A stretch of 64,000 nucleotides of DNA from Eledone cirrhosa (Eukaryota): NCBI GenBank assembly GCA_964016885.1, contig OZ024743.1, positions 327,794,001 through 327,858,000 on the forward strand, in the 5' to 3' direction. The stretch's first letter is position 1. Every line of letters starts with the position of its first letter. Both the position numbers and the translations under genes were made by a program. The notes under the pieces are model-generated. The model had not been told where the DNA came from, searched no databases, and saw nothing but the letters and a program-made list of their open reading frames with translations. Shown piece after piece: positions 29,625 through 44,478 of this stretch.

Positions 29625-30464
29625 TTGGAAATATATTTATTATTTGGTTTTAGTTTTAATCATTTACACGAACATACACATACACATATAAAAAGATATA
29701 AATATAATAATAAAAGATATAAATATAATAATAAAAATAATAAACAACATAGAAACCGTAATAGACGAGTTACTTGGTATAATGCTCCTTTTAATTTACA
29801 AGTTAAGGATAATATTGCTAAAAAAATTTTTTATATCCTTGAGAAAAACTTCCCGCCAAACCACAAATACCATCAAATCTTAAATAGGTCTACAGTTAAA
29901 TTCTCATACTCTACAACAAATAACATAAAACAAAATATAAGTGCATATAATGCATATAAATGTAAGAAAACCATAAGTATACCACCAGTACATCAAATTA
30001 ACAATAATATCTCCTCAAATACAGAATTAACGAAAGGATGTAACTGTAGAAACAAAACAAACTGCCCATTAAAAGGGAATTGTCTTGTTAACAACATAGT
30101 CTATAAATGTAATGTTAAAACTAAAGATTCTATTTGCTCATATATAGGAGCTACCTCTAACAATTTTAAGACAAGGTATAATACCCACAAACATAGCTTT
30201 AAAAATGCCGCACTGGCTAATACAACATCTCTAGCAGAAAAAATCAATAGTTATAAAAATAAAAATATAAAATATGATTTGACCTGGAGTGTGCTCAAAA
30301 GAGCCACCCCTTATCAAAATAATAGAAAGGAATGTAGATTATGTTCCCAAGAACTATTTGAAATAATGAAGTCTAGGGATATCTTATTAAATAAAAGACA
30401 GGAATTAATTATATCGTGTAATCATAAACTAAAAAAAACATTTAAATATTATAAACCTAATTAA
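29625..30464 (+). CDS. Naiad-type PLE linker + GIY-YIG endonuclease (RT missing)
   Basis: VTWYNAPF, HKYHQILNRSTVKFSYS, CNCRNKTNCPLKGNCL, IVYKC..YIGATSNNFKTRYNTH, CRLC..E, LLNKRQE..CNH; the first ~40 aa are a junction artefact. Confidence 0.85.
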   Translation: MEIYLLFGFSFNHLHEHTHTHIKRYKYNNKRYKYNNKNNKQHRNRNRRVTWYNAPFNLQVKDNIAKKIFYILEKNFPPNHKYHQILNRSTVKFSYSTTNNIKQNISAYNAYKCKKTISIPPVHQINNNISSNTELTKGCNCRNKTNCPLKGNCLVNNIVYKCNVKTKDSICSYIGATSNNFKTRYNTHKHSFKNAALANTTSLAEKINSYKNKNIKYDLTWSVLKRATPYQNNRKECRLCSQELFEIMKSRDILLNKRQELIISCNHKLKKTFKYYKPN

Positions 30465-32222
30465 TAACATTATTCTAGAATTTAATTTAATTTAAAGGTT
30501 AGTTAACCTATAAATTTAATTTAATTAATATTTTATTACAGATGAGAAAATATTATGTAATCATAAATTTTGAAAAACCTTTAAATATTACTAATATATA
30601 CTCAGTAATTTAATTTATAGATTAATTTTAATTTATTTTAACCTTTTATTATAATTTTTTTTTTTTTATTATAATTCTTTTACAGATAAAATATAACAAA
30701 ATAATATCATGTATCCTATGACGGAGAAGGAATTTTTAGTATTATAGACCTAATTAATATACATTTTGGAAATATATTTATTATTTGGTTTTAGTTTTAA
30801 TCAACCTAAAACTTTAATTTTAATTTGCTTAAAATTAGTATCCTTGTACAGACGAATTGCAGAATGTCATGTAATCATAGAATGGGATGTGTTTTGGATA
30901 TATACCTAGTTAATATATTCTGTGCAATTTTTTGAAAAAGATATGTATATCTATATGTATATGTATATGTGTGTGTTGTATGTGTATCTGTATGTATATT
31001 TATGTGACTATATATGTATATATGTGTATATATATGTATATATATATATATATGTGTGTATATGTATATATATGTGTATGTGTATGTATATGTATATGTA
31101 TGCGTATTAATTTTGATTTTTATTTGCATATAATTATATTATGCTATTGATGAAATACAATATCTGCTTTATGTATTGTATACCTAATTAACATATACTA
31201 ATTAACGTATACTATTGAAATAAATATATAATTTTTAATTTAGTTAACATATAATTTATATGCTACTACCGATGTAATACTTTATTTTATTTTATTTTTA
31301 TTTGGGTTTCTTTTCCCTATTACTAAATTCATCTCCTAATATTGATACCATAACGTTATTAACTTTAATTTAGTTATAATGTAATTAATAATCTACTACT
31401 GTTTGACTTCATAATTCTGCTTCAAATATTATAAACCTAACTAATTTACACCTTGGAAATCAATATGTTGACTATCTTTGGTTTAGTTAACATATGATTA
31501 ATGGTATACTTTTTTATTTTGAGATGCATAGATTTCGTATTTCCTAGCACTGAAAATATGTAAGAACATACATTGAATTAAGATACGGAAAATATTATAT
31601 GTTTCTTGAAACATATATTTACTTTGATCCCCTTCTCCAAACCCCCCCTTTCCCCCATACTATTATCATCTGTTTTTGTAAGCGTATATGTATGAATATA
31701 TGTGTAGGTGTGTGTCTATATAGGTTTTGGTATTTATTTCTAAATATAAAAATACATATATGAGCATGTAAATATGAATGTAAGATTGAGTGTGTATATA
31801 TGATTGTACATACATATGTATGTATATATATGTATATATATGTATTATATATGTATGTGTATGTGAATGTGTGGTATGTATATGTGTATGTATATGTATG
31901 TATATGTATATATGTGTATGTATGTGTATGCTTGTATATAGGAATATATATATGTGTGTATATATGTATGTATATGTATATGCGTGTTTGTATGTATGTG
32001 TATATGGGTTCTGTATATATTTGTATGTCTCTCTATTTATATGTTTATCTTCGTATCTATGTGATATATGTGTGTGTGTGTGCACGTATGCATATGTATG
32101 TGTTTGTGTGTGTTTGTATGTGTGTGTGTATATATATATGTATTTGAGCACACTCACATACATATATATATATATATATATATGTGAGTGTGTATGTGTG
32201 TCTGTGTGTGTGTGTGTGTGTG

Positions 32223-32259
<37 letters not shown>

Positions 32260-32426
32260 GTATATATATAGATATATATATATATATATATATATATGTG
32301 TATATAGGTGTCTATGTGTGAATATATGTCTTTATTCGTATGTGTGTATTTATGTATGTATATATTTAGTTGTATGTATGTATGTGTATGTATGTATGTG
32401 TATGTATATATATATATATGTATATA

Positions 32427-32463
<37 letters not shown>

Positions 32464-32668
32464 TATTCTTTATTATTATTGTAATATAACTTATGTGTAT
32501 ATGTGTATAAGTGAGGTTGTGTATGTATATATACTATGTGTATATATAAGAGTAATGAAATATATATATATATATATATATGTGCATGTCTGTTTTTTAT
32601 GTGTGTGTATATATATATATGTATGTGTATATATGTATATATATATATATGTGTACGTGTGTGTATGT

Positions 32669-32704
<36 letters not shown>

Positions 32705-33624
32705 GTGGGTGTTTGTATGTGTATTTATGGTGGTATGAGTGTGGGGATATATATGTTTGTATATATGTGTGTATGTGTATATATATATATATGAGTCTAT
32801 GTGTGTGTGTATATATATGTATGTATATATATATATATATATATATGTGTATGTGTATATGTGTTGCGCGTGAGTGTGTGTGTATTTATATCTTTTTATA
32901 TGTGTATGTGTATGTTCGTGTAAATGTATGTGTGTGTATGACTGTATAGGTATGTGTGTATGTATGTATGTGTAGATATCTCTATGTGCGCGTACATGTA
33001 TGTATGTGTATGTATATCTGTATGTGTATGTACATTATATTATATTTATTATATTTTATTGTTTTTATTTTTTTTATTTTTCTTAATTTATAGATACATT
33101 TATATTAGGCAGTCTGGTCTGACAATCTAATACTGACCCCTCCCCCCCCCTCCCACCTAATTTCTGTATCTTGATCTTGAAATGTGTGTACCAGTGTTTT
33201 TATGTGAGTGACTTAATTTCTATTTGCTTATGATTTTATATCCACATATATAAATGTGAGTGGGGGAGTGTGTGTGTTTGTATGTTCGTGGTTATGTGTA
33301 TATTTATGCATATACGCACATGTATGTGTGATTATACTGATATGTGTGAGTATGAAAAAAATATATTTATATGCTTGACTCCATAAGTATCATTGCGTAT
33401 CTTATCAGCGCATTAAGCTTACAGAGATATTAACCTTGAAATTTTGTGTTTGCATCCATCTTTTTAGTATGCACATACAAATTATACACACATTATTGTA
33501 AAATATGTGTAAGGTTTTTACATGTATATACACACACCAAACTGCTTTTAACCCTTTGTGTTTTCATTGGTCAATTTTGAACTGATATTTTGAATTGTTG
33601 TTATTATCAATAAATATACTTCAT

Positions 33625-33769
33625 TATTTCTGAAGACGGCGTATATATGAGTTAGGTATGTATATTTAATCTTGATAATTTGTATAATTTTGTATAATTT
33701 TGTACATAGATCTGTTAAATATGCATACCAATTATAACACATATATACCCTAGAAACGATCGTTAAATA
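33625..33769 (+). ncRNA. Type I hammerhead ribozyme with ~115-nt stem II region
   Basis: tattt-CTGAAGA-cggcgtatatatg...catatataccc ta-GAAA-cgatc-GTT-aaata; stem I tattt/aaata; self-complementary stem III ACGATCGT. Confidence 0.65.
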
Positions 33770-33959
33770 GTGAACTTTTTTTGTTTAATATAAGGAATTG
33801 TTTGTTCATTATTTGTTTAATATTTTATCTTGACTCTGTATACCGTTTATCTTTCACCGAAAGTGGATTTTCATTACATCTCTTCTTTCCATGATATCCG
33901 GAATACATTGAGTTCTTCATACGGATTGGACACTACCGTAAACTCTTGGTAGATTTATC

Positions 33960-34162
<203 letters not shown>

Positions 34163-34350
34163 TTGTTATATAGTAAGGTGTATTATTGGTTGTGTCATAC
34201 GGTCCAATAAATTTTTGTTAGCAATATTAAGTTATCCACGCTTTTGTATATCTTCAATTCCATTTATGGGAACAGCTAGATGATGTAAAACGAAGTATTT
34301 GTATCAAAATAAAGATCCGAAGGCATGGTATAAATTTCCAATCATTTTAA

Positions 34351-34424
34351 TCACGACACATGTTTCAATAAGAGATAGATCGATCGTGCGGCCATGATCG
34401 ATTATCACTGATCTCGTCAGGTGA
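34351..34424 (-). ncRNA. Type I hammerhead ribozyme with extended stem II
   Basis: Minus strand reads tcac-CTGACGA-gatcagtgataatcgatcat..cgatcgatctatctcttatt-GAAA-catgt-GTC-gtga. Confidence 0.72.
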
Positions 34425-35317
34425 AAATGAATTGTCTTCAAATCCTTGATATGAGGGAGAAAATTTAACGATGTTCACTCACAGAGTTTAGTCCCTCATA
34501 TGAAGATTAAGCAGCCAAAACACGCCGACTGCTATCGGCCTCAGTTAGGGTCATAAAACTATCAAGTCTCTATCTCTCAATAGCTGTAAAAGACGCTGGA
34601 CGGGTCTAATCTCAACATTAAATCTTTAGAACTACAGACGGTCACAGTTAGTGTGAGTGAGTACACACACACTCATACACACCGATGCGAGGTCGAAGAA
34701 AAAAAATATAAATATACCAACATAGTATTCACCGAAAGTTAGTTTACAAAACAACAAATGTTATATTGGTCAAATCTCAATTTGACGATGTAAATTGGAA
34801 AAATTGGGTCAACCGCAACACTATACACACGCAAGTAAATTTAGTTCAATGTTCTGCTATACGTGTATCGATTGAATTGTAAATAGTGTATGTTTTGGTA
34901 TATACACATCCATGTGAAGAGCATGTAGTCAGCTCATATCGAACTCTGTATGTGCCGTTGTCCCATTGAGAATCTGAGTCCCAAAATCTGAGCTCTTTAA
35001 AATACAATGTTACAATAAAAATATAAATTAAAATATAAATTAAAACGCAGCCTGATGAGCCATGGGCTATTCCATTTCAGTCAACAACTTCCTAGCGAAA
35101 CAGATCTCTTTGGATTTGTACGCGTGTGTTATATAGTTATAGAGGTGCGTATATACATTTTAATTTATATTTTTAATTATTGTGTGTCTACCCTGTCTTC
35201 CATAGATTATAGACTCCATACACTGGTGGTTTTCCCTGTTTTATTGATGGCGCACTATCTCTCTCTAGTGTGTTACCTTTTCAACATATTGTATATATAT
35301 ATATATATATATGTATA

Positions 35318-35687
<370 letters not shown>

Positions 35688-35737
35688 GTGTATATATATA
35701 AAATATATATATATATGTGTGTTTGTATAATATGTAT

Positions 35738-38700
35738 CTATCTATCTAAGGCGGGTAAAATTCCCGAGATCCATGGACGAGTTCTCTCCAGCGGTCTCTG
35801 TCCCTCATTATCGCTGCCATATCCTGCATCTCCAACAGACCAGTGTCTGTCCTTAGGGTATCAACATATGTTAACCTTGGTCTTCCTCTTCTAGTGTGTC
35901 CATGTAGGGGCTCCCAAAGGAGCACTGAGTGCAATGTCAACTCTGGATGTCTGTGTCACTTTTGAGCTGACTTTTGGGATGCTCCCATACAGCTCTGAGT
36001 TTTTCATCCTCAGTGTATACTGATTAATGTTCAGAGCCATCCTCAGCATTCTCGTGTAGCACCCATCCACCATCTGAGTGAGTCTCTTGGTCAGTGTCCA
36101 AGTCTCAGACCCACACAGCAGCACAGACTCCACTACAGCAATGAAGAGGCGGATTTTCAGGTCTCTACGAAGGTCCGACTCCCACACCGACCTCAAGCTG
36201 TGACACGCCGCCCAGGCCTTGCTCTTCCTCTCAACCACATCATCCTCCGTATTCCCAATCTTTGCTCCCAAATACAGGAAGTCCTCAACCAATTCCAGCG
36301 GCTTCCCGCCTACATTAGTGATCCCCTCTGGCTTCTCAACATTCTCTACCAGATATTTTGTTTTAGTCTCATTCATTCTCAGCCCCACACTCATCGACAC
36401 AGTCTCAACCTCCCGCATCAAATCCTCTGCCTCCTTCACTGTATTTGTCACCAAAACTATGTCGTCGGCAAATTCAGCATCCGATACCTTTTTCGCCCCA
36501 ACTCTCCTGCTCTGAGCCGGTGCTACAGTAAAGCCAGAGTCCTGGTGTTTCTCCAGTGCAAGGCGCATACAATAGTCCACTACGATGATAAAAAGGTAGG
36601 GAGCCAATGTATCTCCCTGGAGCACTCCAGCCAGTATCTCAAAGAACTCTGTCATCCCATCAGGTGTAATGACTTGGGCTTTGGTGTTGGTGTAGAGCAG
36701 TGATATCAGGTCCACTATCCTCTTGGGGATTCCATAAGCCTGCAAGATCTTCATCAGGCAGTAACGGTCCACAGAATCAAAGGCCTTCCTAAAGTCAATG
36801 AAAACGATGACCGCAGGAAGGCACTTTGCTCTAGCTCCCTCTAATATCCTCCTCAGCATCAGGATGTGACTGGTGGTTGATCTACCCTCTCTGAAGCCGT
36901 TCTGGTTGTCCCTGAGCTTCTTCTCCATCTCAGGCTGGATCCTGTTAAGAATCATCCTGTTGAGGGTCTTTGCCACAAGTGACGTCAGTGAGATCCCCCG
37001 GTAGTTGTTGGTGTTAGAGAGATCTCCCTTCTTTGGCACTGGGACGATGTTACTGATCCTCCACTGATTCGGGGCAACTTCTTTCTCCAGTGCCCCGTTA
37101 CAGAACCCCAGGATGATATCATCAAAATCACACCTCTTCATCACCTCTGATGCCACTCCATCCCCTCCATGAGCCTTGCCCTCCTTGATCTTCTTCTTGG
37201 CTCTCTGAAGCTCCTCTCTGGTGAAGGGCTCTGTCTCAACATCCAGTTCCTCAAACAGCCGCCTGATCTCCCCAGTGCTCTGGGCTGTGGAGGGTGGCTC
37301 TCCTAGTAGGGTCCTAAAATGGTCTAGCCATTTCCTCTTCCTATCCTCGGGCCCCGTTCCCTGGATCTGACTCGAACACCTTTTCTTCCTCCCTGTGATC
37401 TCGTTGATGATCATCCAGCTCTCCTTACATCCAGATCTGTCAACCGCTCTCTCCACACTTCTGATCTTCTCTATCAGTGCCTCCTCTCTGACCTCAGTGT
37501 AAGCGGTACAGAGCTCTTCCCTCATCACCTCTACAGTCTCCATCCTCTCCTCCGTAGGATCAGCATAGAATTGGTCCCTGGCAGCTTTCAGGTGTTCTCT
37601 GGCTGCACACACTTTTGGGTTTGCAGAGCTGACGTGCTTCCCTTTGTTCTTTTTCCTCGGCACCAGGGTTTCACTTGCTTTCGCCACTGCATTGGTGAAG
37701 TGCCCGTACCTCCTCGTCACACTCTCCTCAGTCCATCCAATCTCTCTCTCCTCTGACTCTCCACACAGAGCACTAAACCTGTTTCTCACTTCCACTGTGA
37801 ACCTCTCCTGTAGCTTATCATCTTCCTTGAAAGCTCCCCAGTCATAGATTGTTCTCCGGGGCTGAGCCTTGCTCTTTCTTAAGCTCACGCGGACCTCACT
37901 CACAACAAGCCGGTGGTCACTACCCAGTGTACTGAAATAGCTGTATGGTTCCGTGTTCAGAACACTATTCCGCCACTTTTTCCTCACCAGAATGAAATCA
38001 ATCTGGGACTTGGACAGGTGCATATCTGAGATGTAGGTCCACATCTTCCCCAGATTCTTCCTAAACCCTAGGTTGGTCGCCATCAAGTTCGCCTCCACCA
38101 GGGTGTCTCTCAGTAGTCTTCCATTTCGGTTGGTGTTGTTATGGAAGTACCAGCAAGGATCTTCACTGCCCTCCTTACTCAGATGTGCATTGAAGTCCCC
38201 CAAAACAAGCAGGATATTGTGTGCCTGAGTGGTGTTGACAGCCCCACACACCTCCTCATGGAACTCCTCGGCATTCACATCACTGTCCCCCTCGGTTGGA
38301 CTATAGGCTGAGATGACTGTCAGTCTTGGGTTTCCATTGAAGGTCACTCTCAACACTCGCGGGGAGATAGGCATTATTTCCCTCACCAACAGATTGGTTT
38401 TTGCACTGAACACAAAACCCACTCCTCCTACTGCAGCATTTGTTGTGTTCTTCACTGCCGATGTAATGATGAGCTGGCTCTTCCTCCCGATCATCACACT
38501 CCTCACGGGCTCATCGTGTAGAATCCTGTGTTCTTGGATCGCAAGTATCTGTATACCACTCTCCTCGAACAGATGTCCCAACTCCTCTCTCTTCTCCAGC
38601 GTTCGAATAGTCCTCACATTCAAAGTGCCCATTTTGATGGCTCTTCTGCAGGACAAAACTGCATTCTTTATATTTGTCTCAGAGACAGCTGATCCATCAT

Positions 38701-39017
38701 CCACTGGCCCTCTCTGTGGCTCTAAGCCAGCAGAGTCATAACGACCAGGCTGCTCCTTGACAGTGTAATTAGGGGCTCTAACCCTAGTGCTGTTAGATCG
38801 ACTCTCCATATTTCTTTTCAATGGCTGACAATACCTTACCGGCGCCACTCGAATAAGGTAGTTATTTAACCCATAAATGGAGCCCTAACAGGTACTACCA
38901 CCCCGGGCCAGGGCAGACCTGGGAGTCATGACAACTAAGGGGTAACTCCACATTCCCCACATCTCCTGAACTCCCGAACTGGAGCCTTGCCACTGGATGT
39001 AGTTTAATGTCATACCC
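35738..39017 (-). mobile_element. Full-length RTE-type LINE (third family), young
   Basis: ~170-nt 5' UTR, 985-aa ORF, (TAGA)n tail; flanked by the direct repeat atatatatatgtgtgtttgtataatatgtat (possible TSD, but within a minisatellite). Confidence 0.9.
35891..38848 (-). CDS. APE endonuclease-reverse transcriptase polyprotein, 985 aa; last ~50 aa frameshifted into ORF 35746-35940
   Basis: GTLNVRT, AIQEHR, LGDFNAH, QIDFIL, GSDH; [40 protein letters not shown]; RRGRPRLTY in the downstream frame. Confidence 0.93.
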   Translation of the reverse strand: MAPVRYCQPLKRNMESRSNSTRVRAPNYTVKEQPGRYDSAGLEPQRGPVDDGSAVSETNIKNAVLSCRRAIKMGTLNVRTIRTLEKREELGHLFEESGIQILAIQEHRILHDEPVRSVMIGRKSQLIITSAVKNTTNAAVGGVGFVFSAKTNLLVREIMPISPRVLRVTFNGNPRLTVISAYSPTEGDSDVNAEEFHEEVCGAVNTTQAHNILLVLGDFNAHLSKEGSEDPCWYFHNNTNRNGRLLRDTLVEANLMATNLGFRKNLGKMWTYISDMHLSKSQIDFILVRKKWRNSVLNTEPYSYFSTLGSDHRLVVSEVRVSLRKSKAQPRRTIYDWGAFKEDDKLQERFTVEVRNRFSALCGESEEREIGWTEESVTRRYGHFTNAVAKASETLVPRKKNKGKHVSSANPKVCAAREHLKAARDQFYADPTEERMETVEVMREELCTAYTEVREEALIEKIRSVERAVDRSGCKESWMIINEITGRKKRCSSQIQGTGPEDRKRKWLDHFRTLLGEPPSTAQSTGEIRRLFEELDVETEPFTREELQRAKKKIKEGKAHGGDGVASEVMKRCDFDDIILGFCNGALEKEVAPNQWRISNIVPVPKKGDLSNTNNYRGISLTSLVAKTLNRMILNRIQPEMEKKLRDNQNGFREGRSTTSHILMLRRILEGARAKCLPAVIVFIDFRKAFDSVDRYCLMKILQAYGIPKRIVDLISLLYTNTKAQVITPDGMTEFFEILAGVLQGDTLAPYLFIIVVDYCMRLALEKHQDSGFTVAPAQSRRVGAKKVSDAEFADDIVLVTNTVKEAEDLMREVETVSMSVGLRMNETKTKYLVENVEKPEGITNVGGKPLELVEDFLYLGAKIGNTEDDVVERKSKAWAACHSLRSVWESDLRRDLKIRLFIAVVESVLLCGSETWTLTKRLTQMVDGCYTRMLRMALNINQYTLRMKNSELYGSIPKVSSKVTQTSRVDIALSAPLGAPTWTH

Positions 39018-39083
39018 ATATATATATGTGTGTTTGTATAATATGTATATATATAGTATATATATATATATATATGGTGTGTG

Positions 39084-39114
<31 letters not shown>

Positions 39115-39289
39115 ATATATAGTGTATATATATAAAATATATATATATGTGTGTGTTTGTATAATATGTATATATATAGTATATATATATATATATATGG
39201 TGTGTGTATATATGTGTATGATATATATAAAATGTGTGTGTAGGTGTTGTGTGTGTGTGTGTATATATATATATATGCATATGTATGTG

Positions 39290-39349
<60 letters not shown>

Positions 39350-39824
39350 AAGTTATATTTAAAATTGTTGGGTTACAACTAGTAAATATTTATAACTGAT
39401 ATAAAAGCACTCGACAAATATTTGGAGTATATTTACAATATTAAATACTCATCAGACAAAATACAATATAAACAGTTTTATAGATAAATATATTCGACAT
39501 ACCGTAATAAACATCAACTTCATTTGAAGAGGTTTACGCTAGCAGTGAAAATACAGAGAGAAAGAAAGAGAGAAAGAAAAGAGGGAAAAAAAGAAAGAAA
39601 GAAAGACAAAACGAAGAAAAGGAAGAAAAAGAAGAAAAAGAAAAAGAAGAAATGCATGGAACAAAATAAAGAGATGGAAAAATAGATAAAGCGAAGAGCT
39701 TCATGTAAAGAGACAGAAAGAGATACATATATATATAGAGAGAGGAAATAGAGATAGATACATATATATATATAGAAAATTAGGTAGTGGGAGGTCATTT
39801 TGAGTAAGTGTATCAATGATACAT

Positions 39825-39863
<39 letters not shown>

Positions 39864-41558
39864 GCTCAAGTATTAATGTAAGGGAGATATATAGAGAGAT
39901 ATAGAGAGATATATAGAGAGATAAAAAATTTTTAAATAGCCAGACATATTCGAGGCGTAGAAAACCCTATGTTTTAATGTATTAGTATTTATAAAACTTA
40001 CACTACATTGTAAATATCAGTATTCCTGAATGAAACAAGTATTCACAATGTGTGAAAATTCATTATCTTATGTTTAGTTTTAAAAAATGCATATGTTTAT
40101 GTGACAGCTACAAACATCAATGTGAATCCAACTGATTCACTCCGCAAACTCTAAGTTACCGGAAAACATTCTCAATGTGGTATAAAAAATTTGAGCGTAT
40201 TATTATTCTTGCGATTACTCTACAAGATTATCTATCAAGCAGAAATAGAGAGCAGATTTCAATATACTAATCGAAAATATATATTATATTATAAACAAAG
40301 ATAACAATAATAATAATAATAAGTAAAAATATATAAAAATATAGAATAGAAAACTAAAAAAATATTACGAAAGAATATTACATAATAAAAATATTGCATA
40401 TTAAAAATACTACGTATTAAAAAATATTACGTATTAAAAATTTACATATAAAAATATTAAAAATAAAATAAAAAATAAAAATATTATAGAATACTACAAT
40501 ACTAAAAGAATAAAAATAAAAATAAAAATAAAAATAAAAATAAAAATAAAAATAAAAATAAAAATAAAAATGAAAATAAAAATAAACCACAAAGAACAAC
40601 CCTTCAAAGTTAATTGACAATATATTGCCAAGTTCATTACAAGACAAAGCCAAAAATTATCTATCAAATCACATCTAGCAAAGAATATCGCAAAAAGATT
40701 ATGATGTCCAATAATGTCTACATATGTTCCTATATTTAATATAGAAGTTTATCTAGTGTAAGGTTAATTCAAAAAATTTGGAGCATCGGCTTTTAGGGTA
40801 GCTTAATTTTTCATGAGGAATGTTTAGATGAAAATAAAAATAAATAAAATTAAATAAACAATAAAAAGAGTAAAAAGAGGGAATCAAAGATTTAGGAATC
40901 AAAAGATTTATCGGCTAGTTCTCATATAAATATAAATCAAACTAAATATACTACATTTTAAATTTAAATTTATATTTAAACGTTGAGTTTAATCTATGTT
41001 TGCAACAACTGAATAAATTTGTCCGTAGGTTAAGGGAATTTTTAGATTTTAGTATAAAGAATATCTCCTATATATATATATATATATGGGTGTGTATGTG
41101 TATGTATGTGTGTATGTATATATATGGACTGTAGATATATTTACATATAGGGAAATGAATATGCGAGCCAGCATGTGCCCCCCCCCCCCCCACACACACA
41201 CACTTCCTCTCCCCAAACCAATATCAACAACACATCTTTGACAAATATTCCCAAACTACTCTTCTTTTCTCTTTTTGCTGTCATCCCATTCTTATCAAAA
41301 GACATGTATCTTACACCTCATTAAAACCCAGACAAGCACCTAAATTCATCTTTGATATAGAAATCTGTAGAAGATATTCTTTATGGATTTGGAAGGGTTA
41401 ATTCAGCTATTTCATTATATACTCATCAAAGATCAGCTAATGAAATAAAACCAGCAGGAGGGGATGTTTACAACCACCTTCTCAAACATCCTTATCTTGC
41501 AACCTCACCATTTTCTGAGTGTATATATGTGTGTGTGTGTGTATATGTGTGTGTATGT

Positions 41559-41651
<93 letters not shown>

Positions 41652-42000
41652 CTTTAATTCCTCTGGACCTTCAACACTCATTAACACCACACCCCACACC
41701 TCAGATACATCCAAATCTCTCTTATATATAATCACACTTTTCAACCTGATCTCAGTTTGACAATTGCCACAGACAGACGAATGCGAGAAAGTTCTCCAAC
41801 CCAAGTTAACCAGGAATCTTTAAAATTCTTCCCACCGAAGTTAACAAAGAACTTACTGGATCTACCAACTCATAATATTATAATATTATAAAATTAAATC
41901 AAAGATTTTTTAACACTACAAGTGAAATCATTCTTTTCCTTTTTTTCAAATATACCTAAGTGTACCAAGGATCTCACACATTTTCCAATATATATATATA

Positions 42001-42608
42001 TTAATAACAGAACACACTCACTGTTTGGTTCGTTTTCGCTTCTCGCTGTCTTTTATATCTGCGATCTAACTTACTCGGTCCTCAATGTTGCCATTGACTG
42101 ACCGACGGTCAAAAATAATACAGATACAATATAGACACAAACACATATATATAGTTTACATAATTTACATAAATCTTTCGTTGCACATCTGCAACATCGT
42201 CAGTGGTGTTATATTCTTTGTTCCTCCTGTTGTGTTGTATGTCTACGCCATTTTTTTTATTCAGTCTGACAGACTGAATAAAATAAAAAAAATAAATAAA
42301 ATAAAAAAAATGGCGTAGACATACAACACAACAGGAGGAACAAAGAATACAACACCACTGACGATGTTGCAGATGTGCAACGAAAGATTTATGTAAATTA
42401 TGTAAACTATATATATGTGTTTGTGTCTATATTGTATCTGTATTATTTTTGACCGTCGGTCAGTCAATGGCAACATTGAGGACCGAGTAAGTTAGATCGC
42501 AGATATAAAAGACAGCGAGAAGCGAAAACGAACCAAACAGTGAGTGTGTTCTGTTATTAATTCTGGCAATATTACGCAAATATGACCCTCCCCAAGTATA
42601 ACAATATC
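42001..42608 (+). mobile_element. PLE pLTR remnant forming a 560-bp near-perfect palindrome plus unique 3' end
   Basis: 42001-42261 is the reverse complement of 42300-42560 (one mismatch seen); contains a hammerhead core; 3' end shared with 1022-1152. Confidence 0.8.
42354..42395 (+). ncRNA. Hammerhead-like motif with weak stems I and III; mirrored on the minus strand at ~42166-42207
   Basis: CTGACGA-t-gttgca gatg tgcaac-GAAA-gat-TTA. Confidence 0.5.
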
Positions 42609-43461
42609 TGTTTCGACACACGATTTCATATAAAAAACCTCGCTAAACTAATTCATCGCCGCTATATATATTAATATATATATATATGCCCTCTGACCAC
42701 CTCCCAGCACAAACAGACATGCAGCACTCCCACCGCCTTGATCACTTCCTGTTGCGCGCGCACCCCACATCTCTCCTCTTCCGACCACCTCTTCATGGAA
42801 TACTCGTACGTGGAACTTGACCACCGTGGAATCTACTACCATCATAGGAGTTTACCAACATTTCAACCACATCCTCTTACGGAATCACCTATATAACTCA
42901 CCCACACACACACCCCAAAAAAAATTTTTTCTCCCACACGCCACCTACACCCACAGCACGCTTAAACCCCACACACACATGCTTTCCACCACATATTTAC
43001 ACCTTCAGCCTCCGGATTCCTCTCCCCCACCCCTCTATTCACACACGCACACACACTCCGACCTACACCCCACCCCACACACACCTCTTCCTGAACATGC
43101 AACCCCGTTCTTCCCCCAACCCTTGCTTTCACATACACACACACACGCACGTACACCTACACACACACACCACCTTCAGCCCTCCCCGCTCGGACACCCC
43201 GTCTCCCTCTCCCCACTCCAGCCGCCACCATCCCTATACACCCCACACCCTTCCACCACCTGTTTTACCCCTTTTTAATTTCAGTTTATTTTGATCATGC
43301 TTTTATATTTATTTTTATTTCATTTCATTTTATTTTGATCATGCTTTATTTTTATTTTTATTTTTAATTTCATTCGCACCGTTTCCTCCCATCCCCTTTT
43401 CGCTATATGTCTCTCCACCACTCCCCTACACACCCTTTGAACTCTCTTCCCACACACTTCT

Positions 43462-43494
43462 CACCTGAGGAAGGGCTTATGCCCGAAACGTCGT
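43462..43494 (+). ncRNA. Minimal PLE-type hammerhead
   Basis: cac-CTGAGGA-a-gggc ttat gccc-GAAA-CGTC-gt; palindromic ACGT stem III; AATAAA ~40 nt downstream; possible decayed GIY-YIG end (SLPVAR..H) at ~42700-42890. Confidence 0.65.
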
Positions 43495-43604
43495 TCCCCA
43501 CCACCACCCCACTCTCCAGAGCGTGAAATTAATAAACATTCGTTGTACTGCCTCTCTGTTTTGTTCCTGTTCAAATTTTCCATTATATATATATATATAT
43601 ATAT

Positions 43605-43980
43605 TTACAAAGTACAAAGCGAAACCTACAGTCAGTAGGCACCTCTTAACCAAAATACACCCCCGTCCCACTAACCTTACCCCCACCGCCACCTACACCA
43701 CCCCTTTCGATGTAAAGCTATGTTGGTACCACAACATCCAGTCCTAAATAAATGAGGTTGTGTAGGTGTCACGACAAAAAAACACAGTCCACGCTGAAAT
43801 ATGGCCGTGTAGGTAACACGGTAAAAACCTCCCAGTCCACACTGTAAACGTGGTTAGTGTTAGGAAGGGCATCCAGCCGTAGAAAACCCGCCAGACAGTC
43901 CTGTGCAAGACAACTAATCTTGCCTCAAGTGGGACAATTCCCGTCCAGACTCATGCTAGCATGGAAAATGGACGTTAAAC

Positions 43981-44012
<32 letters not shown>
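43605..44012 (+). mobile_element. RTE subfamily B 3' UTR with (GAT)n tail
   Basis: Reverse complement of 54980-55365 and 15630-16013. Confidence 0.82.
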
Positions 44013-44051
<39 letters not shown>

Positions 44052-44245
44052 ATATAAGGTTTTTTTTAATGAAAAAGATGAGATGTCCTACACAAGTGAA
44101 ATTATAAGGAAAAGAAATTGAAAATGCAACTGGAGTCTTTTTAAGAATATTTATTTGCTTCCTTTACCAGTTTCACAGTTCTTATGCTTTTCAAAAGTGG
44201 AATTGAGTTGGAGGGTTTGTGGAGAAAAAACACAAACCCTCCAGA

Positions 44246-44335
44246 CATATCTGAAGAACCTTCAAATGCAGAGTCGGGTTCGATCTGTAACAGATCCTGC
44301 CTCGAGCTTATCAACGGAGAAACATATGTAATATG
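44246..44335 (+). ncRNA. Type I hammerhead ribozyme with extended stem II in a pLTR remnant (~44200-44465)
   Basis: catat-CTGAAGA-(61 nt)-GAAA-catat-GTA-atatg, then AATAAA; self-complementary stem III ACATATGT. Confidence 0.75.
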
Positions 44336-44478
44336 CTAATAAATTGTAGTTTGATGTATTATTGATTCCTCCTTCTTTATACTAGTATACTCTGCTCTGC
44401 ACGAGCATCGAGTGCTCAACCGGCATACCGCCTATGGATGCATTTACATGCAACCCTACAGCAACTATATATATATAA

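Noticed and set aside
30875-32949. Long [12 protein letters not shown] ORFs here and at 10565, 11912, 20079, 33946, 35055, 39026 and 41464
   Set aside because: Translations of (TA)n/(TG)n microsatellites.
35047-35112. Hammerhead CTGATGA...CGAAACAGATC
   Set aside because: Core words are present but stem I has no partner and stem II is imperfect; at best a decayed copy.
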